A stretch of DNA of 64,000 bases, taken from NCBI GenBank assembly GCA_036652055.1, contig JAVVWP010000004.1, positions 14,100-78,099 of the forward strand. Direction: 5' to 3'. A program made the translations under genes and the position numbers. How positions within the stretch are numbered: position 1 is the stretch's first letter; each line of letters opens with the position of its first letter. A model generated the notes under the pieces. It was not told the DNA's origin, did no database searches, and was given only the letters and a program-made list of their open reading frames with translations. The stretch is from Oscillospiraceae bacterium (lineage in GTDB: Bacteria; Bacillota; Clostridia; Oscillospirales; Acutalibacteraceae). Shown piece after piece: positions 21,406 to 30,849 of the stretch.

Positions 21406-22419
21406 TTATTTTTTCTTGAAAAAGCTTTTAAAAGAAACGGGACCGTCTTCGTCATCGTCTTCAATTTCTTCTTCCTTTACAGCTTCAAAATCATCTGCTA
21501 CCGCATAATTTGTATTAATATGAAATTCCTCAACAGGTTCGTCGACAGGTTCGTCGTCAAAGTCCATATCCTCAATATTTAGCGAGAAACCGTCTTCGTC
21601 ATCGTTTGCAGATGATGATGAAATATCTTCAAAGTCGTTATCGTCTGCAATTTCTTCAAGAGTAAATTCTTCAAAAGTTTCTTCTTTTTCTTCCGCTTCA
21701 TCTTCAATTGCTTCTTCGGCGATTGCTTCTTCAGCTATTTCAAAAGCTTCTTCGATTTCTTCTACTTCTTCGACCGCTTCTACTTCTTCGATTTCTTCAG
21801 CTACTTCTGCTTTTTCAATTTCTTGCTCATTAGCTTCAACTTTTGGTTCTTCGCTTGCTAATTCATCTTCTGCAATTTCTGGAAGTTTATTGATGAGATT
21901 AAGATGCTCTTTATACATATCAATAAGCTTTGAGCGGAACTCAGATGCCTCTTTTTGAAGCATTTCAAACGCAAGGCTCTCGTGAGTTATTTTTCTATTA
22001 ACAGTACCCAAAATTTCTTCTGCCTGCTTTGTAGCAGAAAGAATAACACCGTCAGCTTCGTTTTTTGCATTTGCTTTTAATTCGTTGGCAACTTTGTTAG
22101 CATTATCAACAATTTCTTTTGCTGTATCATCAGCAGCGTCAACCTTGCCTTTAATGCTATCATTAGCCTCTTTAACAATTTGGTCAGCAAGTTTTTGAGC
22201 TGCAAATAAAGCTGTTCTAAGACTGTCTTCATCTTTTCGATATTCTTCGATTTTGTTTGCGAGAATGCTTATTTTTTTAATAAGCTCACCGTTTTCTTTG
22301 AACATTTGGTCATAAGATGATGAAACCTCAGCAATGAAGCTATCAACATCATCAGCTCTATAAGAGCCTCTGCCTGTTGTTTGAAATTCTTTACCCTTTA
22401 TTTTTTCCGGAGTTAACAT
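21406..22419 (-). CDS. divIVA: DivIVA-domain protein with long acidic C-terminal tail
   Basis: MLTPEKIKGKEFQTTGRGSYRADDVDSFI.. is the canonical DivIVA N-terminus. This is followed by coiled coil and then ~150 aa of E/D-rich low complexity. Confidence 0.8.
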   Translation of the reverse strand: MLTPEKIKGKEFQTTGRGSYRADDVDSFIAEVSSSYDQMFKENGELIKKISILANKIEEYRKDEDSLRTALFAAQKLADQIVKEANDSIKGKVDAADDTAKEIVDNANKVANELKANAKNEADGVILSATKQAEEILGTVNRKITHESLAFEMLQKEASEFRSKLIDMYKEHLNLINKLPEIAEDELASEEPKVEANEQEIEKAEVAEEIEEVEAVEEVEEIEEAFEIAEEAIAEEAIEDEAEEKEETFEEFTLEEIADDNDFEDISSSSANDDEDGFSLNIEDMDFDDEPVDEPVEEFHINTNYAVADDFEAVKEEEIEDDDEDGPVSFKSFFKKK

Positions 22420-22484
22420 AATTATTCCACCCTATTCTTTAAAGTGCAAGCAGACCACACCCACTTGCATTTATAGTTTATTTT

Positions 22485-22952
22485 TTAAAAAAACATCCCA
22501 TTGTTTTCAAGCTCATCAAGTAAATCGCCTTTAATATCAACATTATAAGGCGTAATTATAAATGTGCTATTAGCAACTCTTTTTAACTGACCGTTATTTG
22601 CATAAGCTACGCCACTTAAAAAGTCGATAAGCCTTCTTGCAACATCACGATTTGCTGATTCAAGATTTAAAACAACAGTTCGTTTTTCATTAAGATTGTC
22701 TGCAATAGGTTTTGCATCTTCAAACTTTTCAGGCTTTGCAAGGACAACTTGAAGTTGTGCTGTTGTATTAATGTTTACAACATTGTCCGAACTTTTAGTT
22801 TCACGAGAAAACGCTCGCATTGGCTTAATTGGTGCATCAGGCACAAAGTCATCGCTGTTTTTGTCAGATGAATAATTATCAGGTTCTAAATCATCATAAT
22901 ATTCATCTTCGGAAACATTTACCATATTTTTGATTTTGTCTAAGAAACTCAT
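22485..22952 (-). CDS. sepF: cell division protein SepF
   Basis: 155 aa. The C-terminal core VVLAKPEKFEDAKPIADNLNEKRTVVLNLE..ITPYNVDI is present, and the ylmE-sepF-divIVA context fits. Confidence 0.8.
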   Translation of the reverse strand: MSFLDKIKNMVNVSEDEYYDDLEPDNYSSDKNSDDFVPDAPIKPMRAFSRETKSSDNVVNINTTAQLQVVLAKPEKFEDAKPIADNLNEKRTVVLNLESANRDVARRLIDFLSGVAYANNGQLKRVANSTFIITPYNVDIKGDLLDELENNGMFF

Positions 22953-22966
22953 TTAAAAGTCCCTCC

Positions 22967-23692
22967 TTAATATATTCTTGCCCCAAAAATTTTAGAGCCA
23001 ATTCGCACATGATTAGAACCGCAGAGAATTGCTGTTTGAAAATCATCTGACATTCCCATTGAAAGAATGCTCATACATACATTATCTATTTTTTTTGCTC
23101 CAATGTCAACATACATATGGTATATTTTTTCAAAAAATTTACAAAGTTCACTGTTTTTTGCACAAATTGGGGGAATTGTCATTAGTCCGTTAATTTTTAT
23201 TCCTGAAATTTCTGAAATTTCATAAATATTCTCATCTAATTGCGGGGGAAGAAATCCTGTTTTGCTTTCTTCTTCTCCAATATTTACTTCGAGCAGTACA
23301 TTTGTGATAATTCCCTTTTTTACTGATTGTTTTCCGATTTCTCGTGCAATTTTAAGCGAGTCAACCGATTCTATCATATCGACCTCGCCAACAATTTGTG
23401 AAGCTTTGTTTGTTTGCAAGTGACCGATTAAATTCTTTTTTGCCATTTCTAAATTAAGATTTGGCTTTTTTCTAAGCATTTCTTGAACTTTATTTTCGCC
23501 TATTAATTTAACTCCACATTCTATTGCCTTATTTATATAAATTTCATCAACTGTTTTTGTAACCGCCATAAAATCTATATCGTTTTCTGTTCTTCCGCTT
23601 TTTATAGCAGCATTTGCAATGTCATTTCTTATAGAATTTAAGTTGTACTCAATATCGTCAAATTTTTTATCAATGAACGATTTTTCCATCAT
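22967..23692 (-). CDS. yggS: YggS/YlmE-family pyridoxal phosphate homeostasis protein
   Basis: MAVTKTV (PLP lysine), IGHLQTNK, VRIGSKIFG. Confidence 0.82.
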   Translation of the reverse strand: MMEKSFIDKKFDDIEYNLNSIRNDIANAAIKSGRTENDIDFMAVTKTVDEIYINKAIECGVKLIGENKVQEMLRKKPNLNLEMAKKNLIGHLQTNKASQIVGEVDMIESVDSLKIAREIGKQSVKKGIITNVLLEVNIGEEESKTGFLPPQLDENIYEISEISGIKINGLMTIPPICAKNSELCKFFEKIYHMYVDIGAKKIDNVCMSILSMGMSDDFQTAILCGSNHVRIGSKIFGARIY

Positions 23693-24926
23693 ACAGGTCA
23701 GTTCCTTCCACTATTACATTATCATAACGCTTTAAATATTCTTTTGACTTGTTCTCTGTGCTACAAATTGAAAATGAGGAATCAGAAGATAATATATCAA
23801 TCTTTTTAAAGCTAACTATGTTTCCGTTTAACACATAAACACCCTTTTGCCCTTCGACTTCACGAACAGCTTTATTGTCAATCTCTAACCCTTTAAAGCT
23901 TCCAAATGTAAGCTTTATCTGCTCGTTTCTAAGACCTGCATAGCTTGTATTCATCAAATTACTTTTGAGAATAACGACAGATTTTCCCTCGGGATTTTCA
24001 TTTATTTCAACAATTTCTGCATTTAAACTCTCTGCTGTTGAAAGCATAAAATTGACCTTTATTGTTCCGCCGATTTTAAGCCCCATAGCTTTTTCATAAT
24101 CAAGCACACAAACTATATACCAATTAAATCCATCAACAAGCTTGCCCATATATCCATCTTTAGATTGTGGTAAAATGCTTCCATCTAAAAGCCCGTTTGC
24201 TGTCGCTAAATCAATATTTGTCACATTTTTATAATCGACAGTTTTTTCATATCCGTCTGTATAGCCAATATAGTAGCCTGGATTATTTGCTTTTATTGTT
24301 GTACTCCCCTGCGCCTGTGCTTTTAAAGAAGCAAGCTCTGCATTTAATGAAATGAGCTTTTCTGTTGGATCAATTGTTGTTCCCGTAGAAAGCTGGCGTG
24401 AAGTTATTGCATCTCTTAGCGACTTTTCATATTGTTTATTGCCTTCAATTTTTCCACTGTCAAGATTTATTACATAGTTTTCACAAGATTTATAAATTCG
24501 CTCGTCAAGCGTAGAAATGTCGCCCGTTTGAACGCCTATTTTGTTTTTTAGCGATTCAAAATATGCGATTTCATCTATTAATTCAGCACTTCTATTATAG
24601 GCTTTTGCTGCATTTTCATTTGTAAAAACAACTGCCACATCATCACCGTTTGACACTCGTTTTCCATCTTCAACAAGTGGCACTAAAGTGCCTGTAACAT
24701 TTGAACTGATAAGGCTTTCATCACGGACTATAAATCCTCTTGTTAAAACATTATCATCAATCGTTTTTTCGTTTGCTACTGCTGTAATATATGGGTTGTA
24801 ATTGATTTTATATATTTGATAGGAGAAAAATGAAATAATACAAACTGCAAACAGAACATATGCTGCTTTTACCAGATTTTTATTTTTATCAATTTTTACA
24901 ACCTTGCCATCGCTCATATTTGTCAC
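23670..24926 (-). CDS. membrane-anchored HlyD/membrane-fusion-like protein (tentative)
   Basis: 418 aa. It has one N-terminal TM (AAYVLFAVCIISFF), a central coiled-coil-like segment and beta-barrel-like flanks. The family assignment is by architecture only. Confidence 0.45.
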   Translation of the reverse strand: MTNMSDGKVVKIDKNKNLVKAAYVLFAVCIISFFSYQIYKINYNPYITAVANEKTIDDNVLTRGFIVRDESLISSNVTGTLVPLVEDGKRVSNGDDVAVVFTNENAAKAYNRSAELIDEIAYFESLKNKIGVQTGDISTLDERIYKSCENYVINLDSGKIEGNKQYEKSLRDAITSRQLSTGTTIDPTEKLISLNAELASLKAQAQGSTTIKANNPGYYIGYTDGYEKTVDYKNVTNIDLATANGLLDGSILPQSKDGYMGKLVDGFNWYIVCVLDYEKAMGLKIGGTIKVNFMLSTAESLNAEIVEINENPEGKSVVILKSNLMNTSYAGLRNEQIKLTFGSFKGLEIDNKAVREVEGQKGVYVLNGNIVSFKKIDILSSDSSFSICSTENKSKEYLKRYDNVIVEGTDLYDGKIVH

Positions 24927-25849
24927 GCTCCTATCATTTTTATTATGCTTTCAATATTATAGTTTTCTTCATCGGGATAAATCCAATTAATTCTTTCGTT
25001 TTTATTAAACCAAGTTATTTGCCTTTTTGCATAGTTTCTTGTAACCTGTTTAAGATTTGAAAGTGCATTTTCAAGGCTTAATTCGCCATTAAAATATGGC
25101 TCTAATTCTTTATAGCCAATAGCAGCGGCTGAAGTTTTTGAAAGCTTGTCCCTGTATTGCTTTGCCTCATCTAAAAGCCCTTTTTCTATCATTAAATCAA
25201 CTCTTGTATTTATTCTGTCATAAAGGATTTGGCGATTTTTATAGTTAATTCCTATGAATTTTGCATCAAATGGAGATGCCACATCTTTAGAATTTTTAAT
25301 TGTCTGCGTTAAAGTCTTTCCTGTTAAAATATAAACCTCAAAGGCTCTTATAATTCTTTTTTTGTTATTTGGGTGCAGTCTTTGTGCAGCTTCTTTATCA
25401 AAAACTTCAAGTTCTTTTAACATTTCATTTGAACCAATTCTTTCAAGCTTTTCTTCAAGCTCTTTTCTAAGATTTTGGTCTGTTTGAATTTCTGTAAATT
25501 GTATATTATCAATAAGGCTATCGATATATAAACCTGTTCCGCCTACAATAATTGGAAGCTTTCCACAGCTGTTAATATCGCTTATTGCTCTATTTGCATC
25601 AATTACATAATCAGCTACGCTATAAGAAGAATTTAAAGGGTTTACAAAGCTTAAGAGATGATGCACAACGCCTTGCATTTCATCTTTTGTAGGTTTGGCA
25701 GTTGCTATATCCATTCCCTTATAAATCTGCATTGAATCGGCTGAAACGATTTCACCGTTTAGCTTTTTTGCACATTCGATTGACAGCGAAGTTTTGCCAG
25801 AGGCAGTCGGGCCAACAATTACAAGCACGGGTGTTTTAAGATTTTCCAT
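24923..25849 (-). CDS. miaA: tRNA dimethylallyltransferase
   Basis: P-loop GPTASGKTSLS, plus DSMQIYKGMDIATAKP. Confidence 0.92.
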   Translation of the reverse strand: MENLKTPVLVIVGPTASGKTSLSIECAKKLNGEIVSADSMQIYKGMDIATAKPTKDEMQGVVHHLLSFVNPLNSSYSVADYVIDANRAISDINSCGKLPIIVGGTGLYIDSLIDNIQFTEIQTDQNLRKELEEKLERIGSNEMLKELEVFDKEAAQRLHPNNKKRIIRAFEVYILTGKTLTQTIKNSKDVASPFDAKFIGINYKNRQILYDRINTRVDLMIEKGLLDEAKQYRDKLSKTSAAAIGYKELEPYFNGELSLENALSNLKQVTRNYAKRQITWFNKNERINWIYPDEENYNIESIIKMIGA

Positions 25850-27699
25850 TATACCCTCCCAAACTGCTTATCTAACTCATATTTTGTCATTTCAATTAAG
25901 ACAGGTCGACCGTGTGGGCAATATCTAATTGTATCATCAGAAAGAAGCTTTTTTGTGAATTCTATAAGCTCATAATCCGAGGTGTCATTGCCTGCTTTTA
26001 TAGCTGCTCTGCAAGCAACCGAGTGGAAAATCCAATCAAGCTTTTCTATATTTATCTCACGCTGATTTTTTGTTAAATGCCCTGCTATTTCAGTGATTAA
26101 TGAGGTAATATCCTCTTTTGCGAGAATTAGCGGACAGCCTCTCACTATGACTGAACCACTGCCAAAATCATCAATTAAAAAGCCCGCAGTTTCAAGCAAA
26201 TCAAGGCTTTGAATTATTGCATTATATTCTTCTTTTGTAAGTGTTATATTTATTGGAACTAAATACAATTGTGGCAGCTGTTCTTTTTGTTCAGCTTTTA
26301 GCTTGTTAAATAATATTCTTTCGTGTGCTGCATGCTTATCAATTATAACTAATTTTCCATCATACTGTGCAAAAATATATGCTTTAAACGCTTCGCCTAA
26401 ATATTTAAAGCTTTTTTCTTTAGGCTCTGAGCTTTCCGGATTTTTATTATTATTTACGCTAACACTGTCTGAAGTTCTTATAGAAAGGTCTAATTCGTCT
26501 TCATTTTTATAAAATGAATTTTCAGTGCTATTTAGCCTATTATAATTGACTGTTTGCACCTTTTTTGATGGCACATCAGTGAAAATTGGCTGTATGTGTG
26601 TGTTCTGAATTTGCTCGATTTCTGTAATGCTTATTTGCTCTGATTTTTCTGTAACTGGGCGTAAAAGCTCAGTTGGATTTATTTTATTTAACTTAGCTTG
26701 CGGTCTTGAAACATCATTGTTTAGGGCGTTTTTTATTGAATAATATACTGCATCAAAGATAATCTTATCATTTGAAAATCTAACTTCTGTTTTTGCAGGG
26801 TGAACATTAACATCAACTGTTTCTGCTCCCATTTCCATAAACAAAACCGCAGCGGGATATTTGCCTACCATTATTGAATTTTTATATCCCTCTATAAGGG
26901 CAGCAGATGCTGTTTTGCTTTTTATATATCTATTGTTTACAAAAAATAGCTGCATTGAATTTGAACCACGAGAACACAGTGGCTTTGATATATATCCATT
27001 TATTTTAATGCCGTTTAGCGTATAATCGACAGGAATAAGCGTTTCTTTTAAGTCTTTTCCGTAAACGGAATAAATAGCGGAAATAAGCTCACCATTTCCA
27101 GAAGTACAAAGCTGTTGTTTCCCGTCTTTTATAAAACGAATGCTGATTTCTGGATGAGAAAGTGCAATTTTATCGACTACCGCCGCTACTGCTGTTCCCT
27201 CTGCTCTGTCAGTTTTTAAAAATTTCATTCGAGCAGGAGTATTATAAAATAAATCTCTGATTATAATTGTTGTTCCATTTGGGCAACCTGCATCAGCAAT
27301 TAAAATTTCTTCTCCACCCTCAATTTCCATTCTTGTACCATTGAGTTCTTCAGAAGTTTTTGTCATTATTTCTGTTTTAGAAACTGCGGCAACCGAGGCA
27401 AGTGCCTCACCTCTAAACCCTAAGGTCATTATATAATCAAGGTCATCAGCTATTTTGATTTTGCTTGTTGCATGGCTTAAAAAAGCAAGGGGAACATCTT
27501 CACGAGCAATTCCACAGCCATCATCAGTAATTCTTATGTATTTAATTCCGCCACTTTCAATTTCAAGGGTTATTGTTTTTGCACCTGCATCTATTGAATT
27601 TTCTAAAAGCTCTTTTACTACACTTGCCGGTCTTTCAACAACTTCACCTGCGGCAATAAGCTCGGCTATATTTTTTGGCAATTTATTGATTTTTCCCAC
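25849..27699 (-). CDS. mutL: DNA mismatch repair protein MutL
   Basis: GHKL motifs ELLENSIDAGA, DDGCGI, GFRGEAL. C-terminal dimerisation domain present. Confidence 0.92.
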   Translation of the reverse strand: MGKINKLPKNIAELIAAGEVVERPASVVKELLENSIDAGAKTITLEIESGGIKYIRITDDGCGIAREDVPLAFLSHATSKIKIADDLDYIMTLGFRGEALASVAAVSKTEIMTKTSEELNGTRMEIEGGEEILIADAGCPNGTTIIIRDLFYNTPARMKFLKTDRAEGTAVAAVVDKIALSHPEISIRFIKDGKQQLCTSGNGELISAIYSVYGKDLKETLIPVDYTLNGIKINGYISKPLCSRGSNSMQLFFVNNRYIKSKTASAALIEGYKNSIMVGKYPAAVLFMEMGAETVDVNVHPAKTEVRFSNDKIIFDAVYYSIKNALNNDVSRPQAKLNKINPTELLRPVTEKSEQISITEIEQIQNTHIQPIFTDVPSKKVQTVNYNRLNSTENSFYKNEDELDLSIRTSDSVSVNNNKNPESSEPKEKSFKYLGEAFKAYIFAQYDGKLVIIDKHAAHERILFNKLKAEQKEQLPQLYLVPINITLTKEEYNAIIQSLDLLETAGFLIDDFGSGSVIVRGCPLILAKEDITSLITEIAGHLTKNQREINIEKLDWIFHSVACRAAIKAGNDTSDYELIEFTKKLLSDDTIRYCPHGRPVLIEMTKYELDKQFGRV

Positions 27700-27730
27700 A
27701 GGCTCACCTCCACAGAATAGTTGGTTTTAA

Positions 27731-30340
27731 TTATTGCTTTGCTTTTTCTGACAATTCATAAAGCCTTGACATAGCTTCGATTGGAGTTAAGGTATTAACA
27801 TCAAGCTTTTTGAGTTCTTCAACGATTTCATCATTATTGTTTGAGCCAAAAGAAAGTTGAATTTCATCTTCATCTATCATTTCTGGCTTAGTTTTTATTA
27901 TTACAGGTAGCCCATCTTTTTCAAGCCCCTCTAAGATTGTTCTTGCTCTTTTAACAACACTATTTGGCACTCCTGCAAGCTTTGCGACTTCAATTCCATA
28001 GCTTCCGTCTGCACCGCCCTTTATTATTCTTCTAAGGAAGGTTATATCATCGCCACGCTTTTTAACGGCAATATTATAGTTTTTTACGCCTTCAATTTCA
28101 TTTTCAAGCTCGGTTAGTTCGTGATAATGAGTTGCAAAAAGTGTTTTAGCACAAAGCTTTTTCTTGTCGTTTGTATATTCTAAAACTGCTCTTGCTATGC
28201 TCATTCCGTCATATGTTGAAGTGCCTCTGCCGATTTCGTCAAGTATTATTAGACTTTTTTGTGTTGCATTTGTTAGAATTTCAGAAACCTCGCTCATTTC
28301 AACCATAAAGGTTGACTGACCAGAGGACAAATCATCAGATGCACCAACTCTTGTGAAAATGCTGTCTACTATTCCTATTGTTGCACTTGACGCTGGGACA
28401 AAGCTACCCATTTGAGCCATTAGCACAATTATTGCTACCTGCCTCATATAAGTTGACTTTCCTGCCATATTTGGCCCTGTTATAATAGCTGTTCTGCTAA
28501 GCTCACAATCTAAATATGTATCGTTTGGCACAAAGGGAGAGCCACCGAGCATTTTTTCAATTACTGGGTGTCTGCCATCTTTAATCTCAATTATATTACT
28601 ATTATTCACTTCGGGGCGAACATAGTTATTTGTCATTGCAACAAAAGAAAGCGAACAGATAACATCAAGCAAAGCGATTGCTTTTGAAGTTTTTTGAGTT
28701 CGTAAATATTGCTCTCCGATTTTTTTACGAACCGAGCAGAACACCTCATATTCAAGGCTTACTATTCTTTCCTGAGCGCCCAAAACCTTTGTTTCAAGGA
28801 CTTTAAGCTCCTCTGTTATGTATCTTTCACAATTTGAAAGAGTTTGCTTTCTAATATAGTTTTCTGGGACTAATTCTTTATATGAATTAAGTATTTCAAA
28901 ATAATATCCAAATACTCTGTTATATCCAATTTTAAGCTTTTTAATGCCTGTCGCATCTTGCTCTTTTGCTTCAAGCTCTGTTAAAAATCCTTTGCCACCA
29001 GCAACGATTTTTCTAAGCTCGTCAAGTTCACTGTTAAAATCATCTTTTATCATTCCACCATCACGAACAGAAAACGGTGCATCATCGCTTATTGCTTCAT
29101 TTACAAGAGAATACACATCATCTAAAATGTCAATATCATTGTAAATCGACTGCAAAAGCTGTGAATTTGTACCTTTTAAAAGTTCTTTTATTTTTGGCAG
29201 CGGTGAAAGTGTTGTTTTTAATGACAATAGCTCTTTTGCATTAGCGGTATTATAGATTACCCTTGTCATAAGGCGTTCCATATCATATATATCTGTAAGA
29301 AGTGCTATTAGTTCTTCACGAAGAATTGTATTGTTATAAAGTTCTTCAACTGCATTATGCCTTTTAATTATGTTGATTGTATCATAAAGCGGACACTCTA
29401 CATAACTACGCATTAGACGCTTGCCCATTGCTGTTTTTGTTTTATCAAGTACCCATAAAAGCGAGCCTTTTTTCTCTCTATCTCGCATTGTTTCAGTTAT
29501 TTCAAGATTTCTCCTTGTAGAAATTCCAATTTTCATAAACTTAGAGTTTTTATAAAAATTAATTTCCTTAATATTGCTAATATCTGACTTTTGTGTTTCG
29601 CAAAGATATTTGAAAGTTGCTCCTAAAGCACAAACTGCACTTTTTTCATTATCAAAATCCAGCTTTTCGATTTCTAACTGACTAAAATGCGTTTTTATTA
29701 TTTCTTTTGAACTTTCAAAATCAAAATCGTTTGATGATAAAGTTTCAACGGTTACATCAAGCTTTTTTGAGATAAATGAATTTAGTTTTTTAAGCGTTAC
29801 CGCTTCTTTATTCATTAAAATTTCGCTTGGCATATATCTTGCAAGCTCATCAACCGCTTTTTCGTCAACACTATCTGAAAATGAAGTTAAATAAAGCCCA
29901 CCTGTTGAAATATCAGCAAAACAAAGCCCTATACTGTCAAACATCATAACGCAGGCAGCAAGGTAATTGTTTTTTGTTTCGTCAAGCATATAGCTTTCGA
30001 TGACCGTTCCTGGAGTTATAACTCTGATTACATCACGCTTTACTATGCCTTTTGCAAGCTTTGGATCTTCCATCTGCTCACAAATTGCAACTTTATAACC
30101 CTTAGCTACAAGCCTTGCTATGTAAGAATCGGCACTGTGAAAAGGAACTCCGCACATTGGTGCTTTTTCATCTTGCCCACAATCTCTGCCTGTTAAGACA
30201 AGTTCTAATTCTCTTGAGGCTGTTTTTGCATCTTCAAAAAACATTTCATAAAAGTCGCCAAGGCGAAAAAGCAGAATTGTATCACTATAATTCTGCTTTA
30301 CTTCAAAGTATTGCTTCATCATTGGAGAAAGTTCTGCCAT
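27731..30340 (-). CDS. mutS: DNA mismatch repair protein MutS
   Basis: MMKQYFEVK..GDFYEMFFEDA at the N-terminus and Walker A GPNMAGKSTYMRQ. 869 aa. Confidence 0.96.
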   Translation of the reverse strand: MAELSPMMKQYFEVKQNYSDTILLFRLGDFYEMFFEDAKTASRELELVLTGRDCGQDEKAPMCGVPFHSADSYIARLVAKGYKVAICEQMEDPKLAKGIVKRDVIRVITPGTVIESYMLDETKNNYLAACVMMFDSIGLCFADISTGGLYLTSFSDSVDEKAVDELARYMPSEILMNKEAVTLKKLNSFISKKLDVTVETLSSNDFDFESSKEIIKTHFSQLEIEKLDFDNEKSAVCALGATFKYLCETQKSDISNIKEINFYKNSKFMKIGISTRRNLEITETMRDREKKGSLLWVLDKTKTAMGKRLMRSYVECPLYDTINIIKRHNAVEELYNNTILREELIALLTDIYDMERLMTRVIYNTANAKELLSLKTTLSPLPKIKELLKGTNSQLLQSIYNDIDILDDVYSLVNEAISDDAPFSVRDGGMIKDDFNSELDELRKIVAGGKGFLTELEAKEQDATGIKKLKIGYNRVFGYYFEILNSYKELVPENYIRKQTLSNCERYITEELKVLETKVLGAQERIVSLEYEVFCSVRKKIGEQYLRTQKTSKAIALLDVICSLSFVAMTNNYVRPEVNNSNIIEIKDGRHPVIEKMLGGSPFVPNDTYLDCELSRTAIITGPNMAGKSTYMRQVAIIVLMAQMGSFVPASSATIGIVDSIFTRVGASDDLSSGQSTFMVEMSEVSEILTNATQKSLIILDEIGRGTSTYDGMSIARAVLEYTNDKKKLCAKTLFATHYHELTELENEIEGVKNYNIAVKKRGDDITFLRRIIKGGADGSYGIEVAKLAGVPNSVVKRARTILEGLEKDGLPVIIKTKPEMIDEDEIQLSFGSNNNDEIVEELKKLDVNTLTPIEAMSRLYELSEKAKQ

Positions 30341-30378
30341 TTCACCTTATGCTCCTTATAATTTAATGTTTTATAATC

Positions 30379-30801
30379 TTAGTGGCTGCATCCGCCGCCG
30401 CATGATGAACAGCAATCGCCGTCACATTCGTGAGCAGGAGGAGTTGGATCACAAGTTTCAGGATTTTCACCATTTACGCACATTGCAAGAATGCCTGTAA
30501 GATAGTTCATCATATCGTCTACTTCTTTGCGTGCAACTTCATATTTTTGCATATTTTCATTTGTCATAATCTCGGTGTAAATGCCTTGGAATTCTTGGTT
30601 ATAGCTTTCAAGCTTTCCTGCGTCAGGATTTTCTGATTGCTCTTCTGTTTGATATGACATTTGAATAAGACGAACTTTTCCCATTAATTCATTTAACTTT
30701 TCGTCTGCCTCGTTTGCTTTTCTTGCTTCTTCAAATTTTAAATAGGTTTCTCCCTGTTGTATTGCAACACCAAGCTGCCTTGCAATTTGTTCGATTTCCA
30801 T
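30379..30801 (-). CDS. YlbF/YmcA-like helical protein with Cys/His-rich C-terminal tail
   Basis: 140 aa. The helical body (YLKFEEARKANEADEKLNELMGK..) resembles the YlbF family. The tail is CDPTPPAHECDGDCCSSCGGGCSH. Confidence 0.55.
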   Translation of the reverse strand: MEIEQIARQLGVAIQQGETYLKFEEARKANEADEKLNELMGKVRLIQMSYQTEEQSENPDAGKLESYNQEFQGIYTEIMTNENMQKYEVARKEVDDMMNYLTGILAMCVNGENPETCDPTPPAHECDGDCCSSCGGGCSH

Positions 30802-30849
30802 AATGTTCTCCTTAAAAATTTTATTTTAAATAACCCAATTAGGGATAAT

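Noticed and set aside
24800-24930. hfq expected downstream of miaA (the mutS-mutL-miaA-hfq order is common in Firmicutes)
   Set aside because: The gene following miaA is instead the 418-aa membrane-fusion-like protein (4-nt overlap). Absence from this position says nothing about absence from the genome, so it is not a finding.
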